The position numbers were made by a program, and so were the translations under genes. From a virus (Duplodnaviria > Heunggongvirae > Uroviricota > Caudoviricetes), in IMG/VR virus record IMGVR_UViG_2703718860_000015: DNA of 12,886 bases. One strand, written 5' to 3'. The notes beneath the pieces are model-generated. The model did no database searches. It was not told where the DNA came from and saw only the letters and a program-made list of their open reading frames with translations. This document shows, one piece after another, positions 1 to 9,908 of the stretch (positions are counted from its first letter, which is position 1; each line of letters starts with the position of its first letter).

Positions 1-2056
<2,056 letters not shown>

Positions 2057-2248
2057 GCTTACCTTCCCTGAACGAGCTAACATAAATGCGCCCTTTCTAG
2101 CACAGCGAAAAAATGTAAATCCTGATAGCAATATGATTGAAAATTAATAACTTTTCGTTAGGCAGTTTTGGGTGTGAGTTGCAAGAGGGGAGACTACTGA
2201 ATAACTCAAGTTTTATAATCGAGGGGAAAATGGTGATGGCGTTCATAG

Positions 2249-2280
2249 CAAAACGCCCTCAACCATAAAGGTCGAGGGCG
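2249..2280 (-). terminator. Candidate intrinsic terminator downstream of asnT
   Basis: Inverted repeat CGCCCTC...GAGGGCG at 2254-2280 (7 bp stem, extendable with one mismatch); on the minus strand it is followed by UUUU (forward aaaa 2250-2253). Lies about 90 nt past the tRNA 3' end. Confidence 0.4.
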
Positions 2281-2368
2281 CTTAAGATGTTAAAAACCCG
2301 CTATCCGTTAATAAACAATGTTCAACTAAGGTTAGTGACATTGCGCTAAGAAGCGAATTTTTAGAATT

Positions 2369-2444
2369 TGGCTCCTCTGACTGGACTCGAACCAGTGACA
2401 TACGGATTAACAGTCCGCCGTTCTACCGACTGAACTACAGAGGA
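2369..2444 (-). tRNA. asnT: tRNA-Asn (anticodon GTT)
   Basis: 76-nt reverse-complement match to the E. coli tRNA-Asn sequence (UCCUCUGUAGUUCAGUCGGUAGAACGGCGGACUGUUAAUCCGUAUGUCACUGGUUCGAGUCCAGUCAGAGGAGCCA), including encoded CCA. Which asn tRNA copy it is follows from the mtfA/serU neighbours. Confidence 0.95.
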
Positions 2445-2462
2445 ATCGTGTGAACGGGGCGA

Positions 2463-2491
2463 ATATTACTTAGCGGTACCTTGTCTGTCAA
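2463..2491 (-). promoter_or_regulatory. Candidate sigma70 promoter of asnT
   Basis: On the minus strand: -35 TTGACA (2491..2486), 17-nt spacer, -10 TAATAT (2468..2463), then GC-rich discriminator (TCGCCCC) typical of stringently controlled tRNA promoters. The tRNA 5' end is at 2444. Confidence 0.5.
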
Positions 2492-2544
2492 CACTAAATT
2501 TCATAAGTCATTTCAATTGGTTAATTAATCTGCAAAGTTGTTAA

Positions 2545-3342
2545 TTAATGAACATTCGTCGCCGAAAACGAGTCTGTATCATTAGTGCGATGCAGTCTCT
2601 GCAAAGGATCTTGTTGATAAAATTGGCAGAAACGTTGCCACAATGAAGGGAAACGAGGAGCAAAAAGTTCTGGGGCGCTAAAGAAATATTCAGAAAGTAC
2701 GGCAAAACATTCAGCAGGATCACTGGCAGCATAAGCATCAATGCTCGCCGCATTCTCGCCAACCAATTCGATTTCTTCCTGAATGTTGTTCATTGCAGCA
2801 TGAAGATCGTGTTCCCAGCCAGCAACCTCACGCAACGGAATAAAGGGAACTCCGCTGGCGCGATCGCCGTTACGGGTGTCCAGCTTATGAGCGACTTCAT
2901 GAATAATCAGGTTAAAACCAGAAGCATCAAAAGAATCTTGTATATCCAACCAGTTCAAAACGATAGGCCCTTGCTGCCAGCTCTGACCTGACTGAACAAT
3001 ACGTTGGTTATGCACCAGACCGATATCGTCTTCCCATTCATCATCGACCACAAATGGCGCAGGATAAATTAAGACTTCATGAAAACCATCCAGCCATTCC
3101 AGTCCTAACTCCAGAACGGGTAGGCAAAATAGAAGTGCTATCCGGCAGCTTCTTAATGAATCCAGTTCAAAGCCCTGTAAAGGAACAAGCCGCTTTTGCT
3201 GTAAAAAACGTTCGGCAAGAGTGACTAATTTGCTTTGTTCCTGTTCCGTCAGACACGTTAAAAGGGGGATCGATAGTGCTTCCTGCCAGGGAAGGGCAGT
3301 TTGATGTGCTGATTCTTGTACTTTCCAGGGCCACTTAATCAT
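2545..3342 (-). CDS. mtfA: MtfA (Mlc titration factor A, YeeI), 265 aa
   Basis: ORF-track protein contains [28 protein letters not shown]...HEVAH (zinc-metallopeptidase motif). The track ORF starts at GTG 3381; I place the start at the in-frame ATG at 3342 (MIKWPWK), matching my recollection of the K-12 MtfA N-terminus. Stop TAA at 2545-2547. Confidence 0.93.
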
Positions 3343-3435
3343 CGTTTTGCTCGCAAACTCGTCACTTGAACAAAATTGCACGGACAGGGACTGTTAAAAT
3401 GCCAAATTTCCTGGCATCATGGCAACCATCTGAAC

Positions 3436-3525
3436 GGAGAGATGCCGGAGCGGCTGAACGGACCGGTCTCGAAAACCGGAGTGGGGGCAACTCCACCGGG
3501 GGTTCAAATCCCCCTCTCTCCGCCA
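3436..3525 (+). tRNA. serU: tRNA-Ser (anticodon CGA)
   Basis: 90-nt sequence GGAGAGATGCCGGAGCGGCTGAACGGACCGGTCTCGAAAACCGGAGTGGGGGCAACTCCACCGGGGGTTCAAATCCCCCTCTCTCCGCCA: long variable arm, CGA anticodon, encoded CCA. Confidence 0.95.
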
Positions 3526-3571
3526 GAATTCAATCACTTACACATCATTAAGTCAATGATGAAAATCACAC

Positions 3572-3606
3572 TTGGAATTACTTGGAATATTTTGTTGGAA
3601 TATTCT
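3572..3606. repeat. Three direct repeats TTGGAAT(A/T)T, candidate integrase arm-type (P'-like) binding sites in attL
   Basis: cTTGGAATTA (3571-3580), cTTGGAATATT (3581-3591), TTGGAATATTc (3596-3606), 47-81 bp from the tRNA 3' end, overlapping the int stop codon and last codons. Placement is analogous to lambda P' arm sites. Confidence 0.35.
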
Positions 3607-4603
3607 GGGGTAATGGTACATCCAGTGTGGGTGAGATCTTTACTTTTCTATCATAGATTAGCACCTGTCCTTCGGTCTTGTGACCAGAGAAAAGTTGCTT
3701 ATCCCGGCTACTACCTTCGTAATCTGATATCCCCTTGGCTTTAAGGTCATGGAATGTAAAATCCGTCGCGATCCCTGATATTTGTCCAGCCAAATTTCTT
3801 GCCTCAACCCACATTTCATTAAATCCTTTATACATGTAACGGTTGCCGTACTGATTGCTGATTACATAGGCTGACTTGGGTAGCTGTTTAGCTTTTTCTA
3901 TAACTGATTGCAGACGGGGAGTCCAGGCTTTTATCTGTTTTTTTCCTGTTTTACCTTGCTGGATAAAGATCCCGTCGTTTCCGATCTGTTCCCATTTCAG
4001 AGACAACACATCGGAAATCCTTGCTGCGCACAGGTATGCAATTTCCATTGCGATAAAAACAGGCACAGGAGCCACGCTTAATACGGCCTGGTATTCTTTG
4101 TCAGTCACATAGCGCTCTCGGTTTTTGGCCTTGAATTTACTTACACCGGCACAAGGATTAGCCTTTACATACCCTCGTTCATACCCCCAACTGTAAACGC
4201 GTGACATGCTGCTTTTTTCATGGTTTGCCTGCGTTTTACTCTGCTCGCCCCTTTTGTCCATGTATCGTCTGATGTGCTCTGGTTTTACAGAATCGGCCAG
4301 CACCTTACCGAATACGGCCAGCAGTTTTTTTTGATGTTGCAGATAATCTTTTTGCGTTCTGGGACTAAGATCGCTGTAATAGGCGCTGGCGAGAAATTTT
4401 TCCCACAAACGCCCAAATGTCATTGCGTGATCATGATGGTTAACCGTTTCTTCATATTTTTTCCATAATGCGGCTAAACCATCCTTGATTGCAGTTAAGG
4501 TTACAGATTCTCTGGATGTTGGTTTCCATACATAACTATATTTATTGGGATATACCTTTGGCGGTAATTTTTCGTGTTCGGGATTTTTCCTTCGTCTTCC
4601 CAT
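3578..4603 (-). CDS. int: Phage integrase, tyrosine recombinase of the lambda Int family, 341 aa
   Basis: ATG at 4603; N-terminus MGRRRKNPEHEKLPPKVY resembles lambda Int MGRRRSHERRDLPPNLY (arm-binding domain). C-terminal catalytic region has R (CAARISD), K (QQGKTGKK), H (FHDLK), H (SGHK) and Y (LIYDRK). Adjacent to tRNA and reading toward it. Confidence 0.95.
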   Translation of the reverse strand: MGRRRKNPEHEKLPPKVYPNKYSYVWKPTSRESVTLTAIKDGLAALWKKYEETVNHHDHAMTFGRLWEKFLASAYYSDLSPRTQKDYLQHQKKLLAVFGKVLADSVKPEHIRRYMDKRGEQSKTQANHEKSSMSRVYSWGYERGYVKANPCAGVSKFKAKNRERYVTDKEYQAVLSVAPVPVFIAMEIAYLCAARISDVLSLKWEQIGNDGIFIQQGKTGKKQIKAWTPRLQSVIEKAKQLPKSAYVISNQYGNRYMYKGFNEMWVEARNLAGQISGIATDFTFHDLKAKGISDYEGSSRDKQLFSGHKTEGQVLIYDRKVKISPTLDVPLPQNIPTKYSK

Positions 4604-4806
4604 TAGATCGCACCGAAATCAGGTTCAGCCTCACGTGGTGGTAAAGTGTTTCTACAGGTAAACAGTTCCCGACTGACGATCGGTTTTCCACTACGATTGG
4701 TATAGAACGGAAGCCCATTTTTTATTAACCAGTTGCGCTGGTGGCTTGCATATTTGCAGCCCGTTAATATTAGCAATTCATCTTCGGTTAAAAATAAGCT
4801 GCTCAT
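4603..4806 (-). CDS. xis: Excisionase-like protein (small DNA-binding, DUF4224-like), 67 aa
   Basis: ATG at 4806; protein MSSLFLTEDELLILTGCKYASHQRNWLIKNGLPFYTNRSGKPIV. Its stop TAA (4605..4603) overlaps the int ATG by 1 nt (TAATG), implying translational coupling, as is typical for xis-int pairs. Confidence 0.7.
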   Translation of the reverse strand: MSSLFLTEDELLILTGCKYASHQRNWLIKNGLPFYTNRSGKPIVSRELFTCRNTLPPREAEPDFGAI

Positions 4807-4864
4807 AGCTATATCTCATAACCGCCGCTAACTATATGCGGTTAGCGGCGATCAGGGTTGAACA

Positions 4865-7309
4865 TTAAAAATCAGCCTGATTTGGGAACAGTTTTTGCCA
4901 GATAGCTGAAACGTATTTTGCCTGGTAACGCGCATCGTGCAGGGCATTATGGCGTTCACCCTCAAATGTGGTGACGTTGCGGGCATCGAAATCCATCACC
5001 AACCCCAGAGCGACCATCGTTCTTACATCGCGATCATTGGTGTAACGCCACGGGCAGGGGATCTCCTGCCGTTCATATGAACGGCGTAAAATCACGTTGT
5101 CGAAGTTGGCTCCATTTCCCCAGACCTGAACAAAAAACTCACCGGAGTTTTCGTCTATAAATTCCCGTAATTGTAAAAGCGCATCATCAAGCGGTATTCG
5201 ATCAGCTAAAATGGCGGCACGGGCTTCGCCAGAGCGTTGAAGCCACCATTCGATGGTGCTTATGTCTACAGTGCCGCCACATGTACCCATATCAATTATT
5301 TTGCTGAATTCAGGCCCCTGCTCTCCGGTTTGTGGATCGAAAAATACAGCGCCTATTGAGGCTATTGGCGCATCAGGATTTTTGCCCATTGTTTCAAGGT
5401 CAATCATCAGATGGTGCCACAACCTGCTGGTGGATGTGATTTCACGATGACCGTTCACCTTAATTAAGGGATTTGCTGTCTCGCCTGTTTCATTATTGCC
5501 ATTGGCATGTTGATCGCCTTCGGTGCACTCCTTGTTCGGGAGTCCGGCACTTTCCATTTCCTCCGGATCTTTTTCCCGGGCTTCATCCTGGCTTTCTTCG
5601 TTGAATGTCTCCTGGTATGTTGCGTCGCCCATCACCGCGCCACAGTCAGGACAGTTGCCGCCGCCGGTCTGACCGCAGGCTGTGCAGACTTTTTCCGGTT
5701 CCTGTTGCGCTACTGGTTCAGGCTGTTTCGTTTCTGGCTCGTTTTGTTGCGCATTTGGACTGTGTTGTTCCGCTTTATGGCCTTTCTGTTCCGTTTCTTG
5801 CTGGTTATGGTTCACAGAATCGCGGGTTTCAATCCCCTTCACCCATTTTGGATCATTCGGGTCGCTAATCCCTTCAACAAATTCTCCGTGAGAAGCAGCC
5901 AGTAATTTATCTGCATCGACAGGATTTTTGGGTGGAATGTTTTTCCTGGCTTCATAGAGTTCTGCACGCAGTTTCTGATATTTCGCATCAACAGAATTTA
6001 TCTGTGGCTGAGCATCCATCGACTGCGTGTCCTGATTATGTTCAGTTGTATCCGGTTCCACTGCTTCAGTCGTTGCCTGTTCATCTGCCATTGCGCCAGA
6101 TGGCTGCGGTTTTTCTTCATCATCCTGTTTTCCTTCTTTTGTTACACGCTGCGGCATTGGAGCAGAGGAGCGACCGCAGGCAATATCCACGATTTCTGGA
6201 TCAGGGTTGGCATGGTCGGTTTCGGTCAGTACTTTGTTCAGATATTCGGTAACACGGTGGGGAGTAGCCTCGATACCAATTGGTGCTTCTTTCACGGACG
6301 CAACCACTATCGCGCGGGAATAATCCAGGTGACCAGGCATGGCGATGAATTTGTCACGAAAAACAGAAAAGGGCGGCTTATTCTCTGAAACGATTTCTTC
6401 AATGCGTTTGGCGTGTGCCGGATGTGGATTGTAAATATCGATGTCCATTGAACGGGCCAGAACGCCAGCGGCAACGTCACGTTCCACTGACGCATCATCG
6501 TGGACAAAACCTTCACCGCGATCGGTAAGAATTCCTCCGCCAGCATTAGCGCCGGATGGCGTGCGGCTGATGCGTAAAACACGATTTCCTTTCATCCACT
6601 CTTTTGTCAGCAGACCTCGATCGGTATAGTCAGCGTCCAGGTATGCTTCGAAAAAAGCAGTCATTAACCCCAGACTGGAATTAACGGGATTAGGGAAAAC
6701 TTTGTCTGTGTCGCGTACCAGTTTGTGAAGGTCGCGAATCTCCAGCGGGTCGAGCAGCTTTGTGTTGTGGGAAATAGCCAGGGCAGTAACAGCAGGCAGT
6801 TCTTCAGCTCGTGCGATATGTAATGCCTGAAGTTCTTCCCGTGAAACGTGCGTTACCGGTTTTTCGCTGCCATGTTGCGCAAGCCAGCGAATGGGCAGTT
6901 CCTGACCGGAAATCGGCAGGAGCATATTATCCTCAATCTCAGCCATGTCTTCGCCATTGACGTTGGTATTGTCAGTGCTGGCTGGTTTGTCCTGAACTGA
7001 GGGGGAAGGCGCTATAAATATCATTGTGATGCCATCTTCTCCGCCTTTTTCATAGCGGTTGCAGAATTCGGTATCAAACACACCTTCAGGCGGCAGGTCA
7101 TTAACAATGGGCAAATTCACGCGAACAGGTTTTTTGAAATCCTCTTCGTCAAATCCAGCATCGTCCATTGCGACAACACCCCGTGATATTGCAACCGATA
7201 ATTTTTTTGCTGTGCGCCAGTAAAAACCGCCTTTAATCCCAAGGCGTTTTCTGACTTTGTCATTTTTGGCTTCGTAATACAGTGCAATTTCTTCTTTATC
7301 AGTGCTCAT
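4865..7309 (-). CDS. Large phage exonuclease (exodeoxyribonuclease VIII / RecE-like N-terminal region, C-terminal DnaQ-type DEDDh 3'-5' exonuclease domain), 814 aa
   Basis: ATG at 7309 preceded by GAGG. C-terminal about 190 aa carry Exo I (MIDLETMG), Exo II ([13 protein letters not shown]) and Exo III (HNALHDARY) motifs. A CxxC-x9-CxxC zinc-ribbon-like motif ([18 protein letters not shown]) and a long acidic low-complexity linker precede it. Occupies the exo/recE position of the early-left operon. Confidence 0.85.
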   Translation of the reverse strand: MSTDKEEIALYYEAKNDKVRKRLGIKGGFYWRTAKKLSVAISRGVVAMDDAGFDEEDFKKPVRVNLPIVNDLPPEGVFDTEFCNRYEKGGEDGITMIFIAPSPSVQDKPASTDNTNVNGEDMAEIEDNMLLPISGQELPIRWLAQHGSEKPVTHVSREELQALHIARAEELPAVTALAISHNTKLLDPLEIRDLHKLVRDTDKVFPNPVNSSLGLMTAFFEAYLDADYTDRGLLTKEWMKGNRVLRISRTPSGANAGGGILTDRGEGFVHDDASVERDVAAGVLARSMDIDIYNPHPAHAKRIEEIVSENKPPFSVFRDKFIAMPGHLDYSRAIVVASVKEAPIGIEATPHRVTEYLNKVLTETDHANPDPEIVDIACGRSSAPMPQRVTKEGKQDDEEKPQPSGAMADEQATTEAVEPDTTEHNQDTQSMDAQPQINSVDAKYQKLRAELYEARKNIPPKNPVDADKLLAASHGEFVEGISDPNDPKWVKGIETRDSVNHNQQETEQKGHKAEQHSPNAQQNEPETKQPEPVAQQEPEKVCTACGQTGGGNCPDCGAVMGDATYQETFNEESQDEAREKDPEEMESAGLPNKECTEGDQHANGNNETGETANPLIKVNGHREITSTSRLWHHLMIDLETMGKNPDAPIASIGAVFFDPQTGEQGPEFSKIIDMGTCGGTVDISTIEWWLQRSGEARAAILADRIPLDDALLQLREFIDENSGEFFVQVWGNGANFDNVILRRSYERQEIPCPWRYTNDRDVRTMVALGLVMDFDARNVTTFEGERHNALHDARYQAKYVSAIWQKLFPNQADF

Positions 7310-7401
7310 TGATAAACCTCATAACTATTTTAAGGTTGTACGAATCCCTGCCATTGCTGGCATACTTAATCAACGGGTATGGCGTTAATATGGCTGGCGG
7401 G

Positions 7402-7590
7402 TTATCCAGCCGGTATTTCGTTATTCAGGTACAGCGATACTTTGTTTAACGGGAGACATTCACCGGAAATTTTTTGCTCGTCTCTTGCCTGATGGCAGGA
7501 TTCTTTACTGGCATAAATTCCGGTAATCACATTCTGTGGCTCACCCGTTATAAGAAAAACAGTCATTACCAGTGCAAATGCAGAAGTCAC
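7402..7590 (-). CDS. Hypothetical small protein with hydrophobic N-terminal segment (62 aa from GTG 7590, or 54 aa from ATG 7566)
   Basis: ORF-track protein MTSAFALVMTVFLITGEPQNV... The GTG start overlaps the upstream ORF stop (GTGA, 7590..7587). No recognisable homolog from memory. Start codon uncertain. Confidence 0.4.
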   Translation of the reverse strand: MTSAFALVMTVFLITGEPQNVITGIYASKESCHQARDEQKISGECLPLNKVSLYLNNEIPAG

Positions 7591-7775
7591 TGCTGCCCCC
7601 CGAAAATACCAAGTTTAAGAAGGGCAATTCTGGAGAGTATGGAATTATCATTGAGAAGATAAGGCTCATATTTTCTCATCTTAATGGCATCTTCAGTAAA
7701 CTCCCGGTTACTGAGCAGAACACCAATATCAAAACACCCTTCAGACGTATTAACGTTTGGTAATAACGTTTCCAT
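7587..7775 (-). CDS. Hypothetical small phage protein, 62 aa
   Basis: ATG at 7775 with GAGGA 7-8 nt upstream; protein METLLPNVNTSEGCFDIGVLLSNREFTEDAIKMRKYEPYLL.... Coupled to the downstream small ORF. Confidence 0.45.
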   Translation of the reverse strand: METLLPNVNTSEGCFDIGVLLSNREFTEDAIKMRKYEPYLLNDNSILSRIALLKLGIFGGQQ

Positions 7776-8576
7776 TATCGCGTCCTCAACAATGAATTTT
7801 GTGATGTGGTGCCTGGTGCCTCCAGGTGACGTTAACCAGTTAACAATTAACGCCGGAATACAGAATCACCCATAACGCTGTTTTTAGCTTTAACTGTTCC
7901 GCGTGCGCTTAGCCGCATTCACCGCATCACAAAATACACTTTAAAAATGGCGGATATCCATTTCCACCGAATCACCAGAAAAGTGATAACAGAGGTTGTT
8001 GTGGCGGTGTTGTCACTCAGGCGTATGGTCAACCTGACAACCCGGTGCATTTTCTGGAGCAATGGAGGAAGCCCCAGCCATACTTACCGCCGCGCCATTT
8101 CGCGGATTGCCACAACCGGAAGCGCACGATCGAATTACATTTAACGACGACATATACAGAGAGACTAACTTCGCCGAGCGCTTTCGTGTTATGCCCTGAC
8201 TTTTCAGGGATATGTTCTTTCAGTAAACTGTCAGTGCCGGATTCTTATCCGTGTCCGGCGCACGACCACACGTGACAGCGTGTTGGTCTCCATCATTAAC
8301 CCGGAACCTCTATGGAGGATAATATGCAAGTTGATATTATTAGCCCTGTAATGATCCATATGCTTGCGCACATCAGGCTCTTCTGGCACTAATCAACGTC
8401 GGAAAAATTGAAAATTCCGCTATGTGCTTTGAAGAGTTGAAACAACTTGTGCGCTTGTATGAATATATTAAAAAACAATCACAAGATACGGCGTAATATT
8501 TAAAATACTTTCTGTTATATGGGCCTGCTATAATGCTGGCCCATATTTCTAACCCCTCTATAAGAAAAACATATTA

Positions 8577-8990
8577 TTATGGCAATTTCTTCGGTAGCTC
8601 TTCAGAATGCTGAGTTGTTTTAATTATGGTTTTTAAATAATCATCGCTTTCATATTTGAGTGATTCTATGGCAATCCAGATGCGGGCTTTGGTGCCTGCA
8701 TTTGGTTCCAGTTGCTGTAGACGTTTTGCATCTTCCAGTAGTAAGGCGATAACGTGTTTCAGCTTCTCATCATTCGCTTGATTCTTGTTTTCAGGCGAAT
8801 TTTGTCCGCCGAATGGCCACTTTTCTTCGTACAGCCCGATAAAGGTTCGACGCACGTTACCGGATATATTATCGATGGTTTCTTTTTCTACGGTACTCAG
8901 GTCAAGAGTCGCCAGTTGAGAACGAACTATATTCGCTGCCATTTCCTGGAATGGTACTGGTAAATCTTTAAATTCCATCGTCAACCTCAT
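8577..8990 (-). CDS. Hypothetical early-left protein, 137 aa (133 aa if started at ATG 8978)
   Basis: ORF MRLTMEFKDLPVPFQEMAANIVRSQLATLDLS.... ATG 8990 overlaps the stop of the upstream 50-codon ORF (TGATG); the alternative ATG at 8978 has a GAGG 6 nt upstream. Sits where lambda carries N / early-left accessory genes; no homolog recognised. Confidence 0.6.
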   Translation of the reverse strand: MRLTMEFKDLPVPFQEMAANIVRSQLATLDLSTVEKETIDNISGNVRRTFIGLYEEKWPFGGQNSPENKNQANDEKLKHVIALLLEDAKRLQQLEPNAGTKARIWIAIESLKYESDDYLKTIIKTTQHSEELPKKLP

Positions 8991-9142
8991 CAGTCAGTGT
9001 TTCTGGCTAACCAGCGACGCGCGCCAGCTTCGGTTTTAAACTTTTTACTTTTGGTATACGTCATCGCGGTAAACGTGCCGTCCTGGTTGGGAAACACGCC
9101 GCATACCAGAGATTCGTTGTTGCCAAGATTGAGCGTATCCAT
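8990..9142 (-). CDS. Hypothetical small protein, 50 aa, first gene after the candidate PL
   Basis: Not in the ORF track (under 60 aa); translated by hand: ATG 9142..9140 preceded by GAGG (about 5 nt spacing), protein MDTLNLGNNESLVCGVFPNQDGTFTAMTYTKSKKFKTEAGARRWLARNTD, stop TGA 8992..8990 overlapping the next gene's ATG. Confidence 0.35.
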   Translation of the reverse strand: MDTLNLGNNESLVCGVFPNQDGTFTAMTYTKSKKFKTEAGARRWLARNTD

Positions 9143-9319
9143 GTTGACCTCATTTACCCTTAACGCCGGGTCGCGGAACTAAAAACCTGCTGCGCTGTTA
9201 TACAAAGTATTCCCGCCGTCATGTTCATACGCCTCGGGCTGGCTACTTAACCCCTGACCACTGCCGGGTAACTCGAAGTATTGCCTGGCGTTCTGTGGGG
9301 CGGGGGGGTTGATGAATGA

Positions 9320-9368
9320 ACAATACCACTACTATTTAATTATGTAAATAGCAGTGCTATTATCGTGG
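9320..9368 (-). promoter_or_regulatory. Candidate OL/PL: leftward promoter with overlapping operator palindrome
   Basis: Minus strand: -35 TTTACA (9348..9343), 17-nt spacer, -10 TATTGT (9325..9320). A perfect 6+1+6 palindrome ATAGCAGTGCTAT (9348-9360) overlaps the -35. The motif TGCTATTA..TCGTG (9356-9368) recurs in the cI/cro intergenic region. Confidence 0.35.
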
Positions 9369-9372
9369 CAAG

Positions 9373-9393
9373 AAAAAAACCACCCGAAGGTGG
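9373..9393 (-). terminator. Rho-independent terminator ending the repressor-antitoxin-toxin operon
   Basis: Minus-strand RNA CCACC-UUCG-GGUGG followed by UUUUUUU (forward aaaaaaa 9373-9379), 17 nt downstream of the toxin stop codon. Confidence 0.75.
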
Positions 9394-9409
9394 TTGTTGA
9401 CAGGAAGGA

Positions 9410-9700
9410 TTAACAGGTTTTGTTTGGATACTGTCTTCGTGAGTGAACTACATTTACGATCTCGATGTTAGATGCTGTTACTCGGTAAAGTATTATGTAG
9501 TTAGGATGAGTCACTATCTCACGAAGACTTGGAACTCTTTCGCTCGGTGGGTACAGATAAGGGTGTTCAGTAAGTGACAAAACTGATGTTTCAATGCGTA
9601 TTTTTAGTCTACGTGCAGCGGGAGGGTTTTCCTTAGCAATATAGGCTACGATCTGACGTAAATCATCACGTGCAGAAGGTAGCCATAAAATGGGCAGCAT
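9410..9700 (-). CDS. parE: ParE-family type II toxin (ParE2-like), 96 aa
   Basis: Protein MLPILWLPSARDDLRQIVAYIAKENPPAARRLKIRIETSVLSLTEHPYLY...YIILYRVTASNIEIVNVVHSRRQ has the ParE/RelE-fold pattern. ATG 9700 overlaps the antitoxin stop (TAATG). Confidence 0.9.
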   Translation of the reverse strand: MLPILWLPSARDDLRQIVAYIAKENPPAARRLKIRIETSVLSLTEHPYLYPPSERVPSLREIVTHPNYIILYRVTASNIEIVNVVHSRRQYPNKTC

Positions 9701-9891
9701 TACTCACTCCTGTTCGTTGCAGCTAATTGAGCAATAAGGTTTTCCATTTCAGCCATTACTTCGTCATGTGGAATTGCAGGACGGGGATCTGAGAGGCTTG
9801 CTGCCACTTTGGCTCGCAACCATTCGTTATAGCTGTTTTCTTGTTCGACTGTTTCAAATTCAGAAATTATCGGGGAAAGGGCTGTACTCAT
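9700..9891 (-). CDS. paaA: PaaA-type antitoxin of ParE (PaaA2-like), 63 aa
   Basis: Small acidic protein MSTALSPIISEFETVEQENSYNEWLRAKVAASLSDPRPAIPHDEV... directly upstream of and coupled to the ParE toxin; GAGGAGG 7 nt before the ATG at 9891. Resembles the PaaA2 antitoxin of E. coli O157 prophages as I recall it. Confidence 0.85.
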   Translation of the reverse strand: MSTALSPIISEFETVEQENSYNEWLRAKVAASLSDPRPAIPHDEVMAEMENLIAQLAATNRSE

Positions 9892-9908
9892 GTTTTGACC
9901 TCCTCAGA

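Noticed and set aside
3343-3435. Possible serU promoter hexamers (TTGAAC / TTGCAC and TAAAAT)
   Set aside because: Spacer lengths are 23 or 13 nt, so no convincing sigma70 promoter could be assembled; left unannotated.
3526-3545. Possible IHF site next to the tRNA end
   Set aside because: The sequence only partly matches WATCAANNNNTTR (ATCAC instead of ATCAA); too weak to call.
3376-3744. Plus-strand 122-aa ORF spanning serU
   Set aside because: It reads straight through a canonical tRNA gene and into the antisense of int; no coding support.
5507-6388. Five plus-strand ORFs (87-132 aa) inside the exonuclease gene
   Set aside because: They are antisense to a long, well-supported minus-strand CDS, lie in its low-complexity acidic linker region where stop codons are rare on both strands, and have no ribosome-binding sites.
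7947-8275. Two overlapping plus-strand ORFs (65 and 76 aa) in the ORF-poor block
   Set aside because: No ribosome-binding sites, one starts at GTG, translations look random and they run against the direction of the early-left operon; the region is reported as a finding instead.
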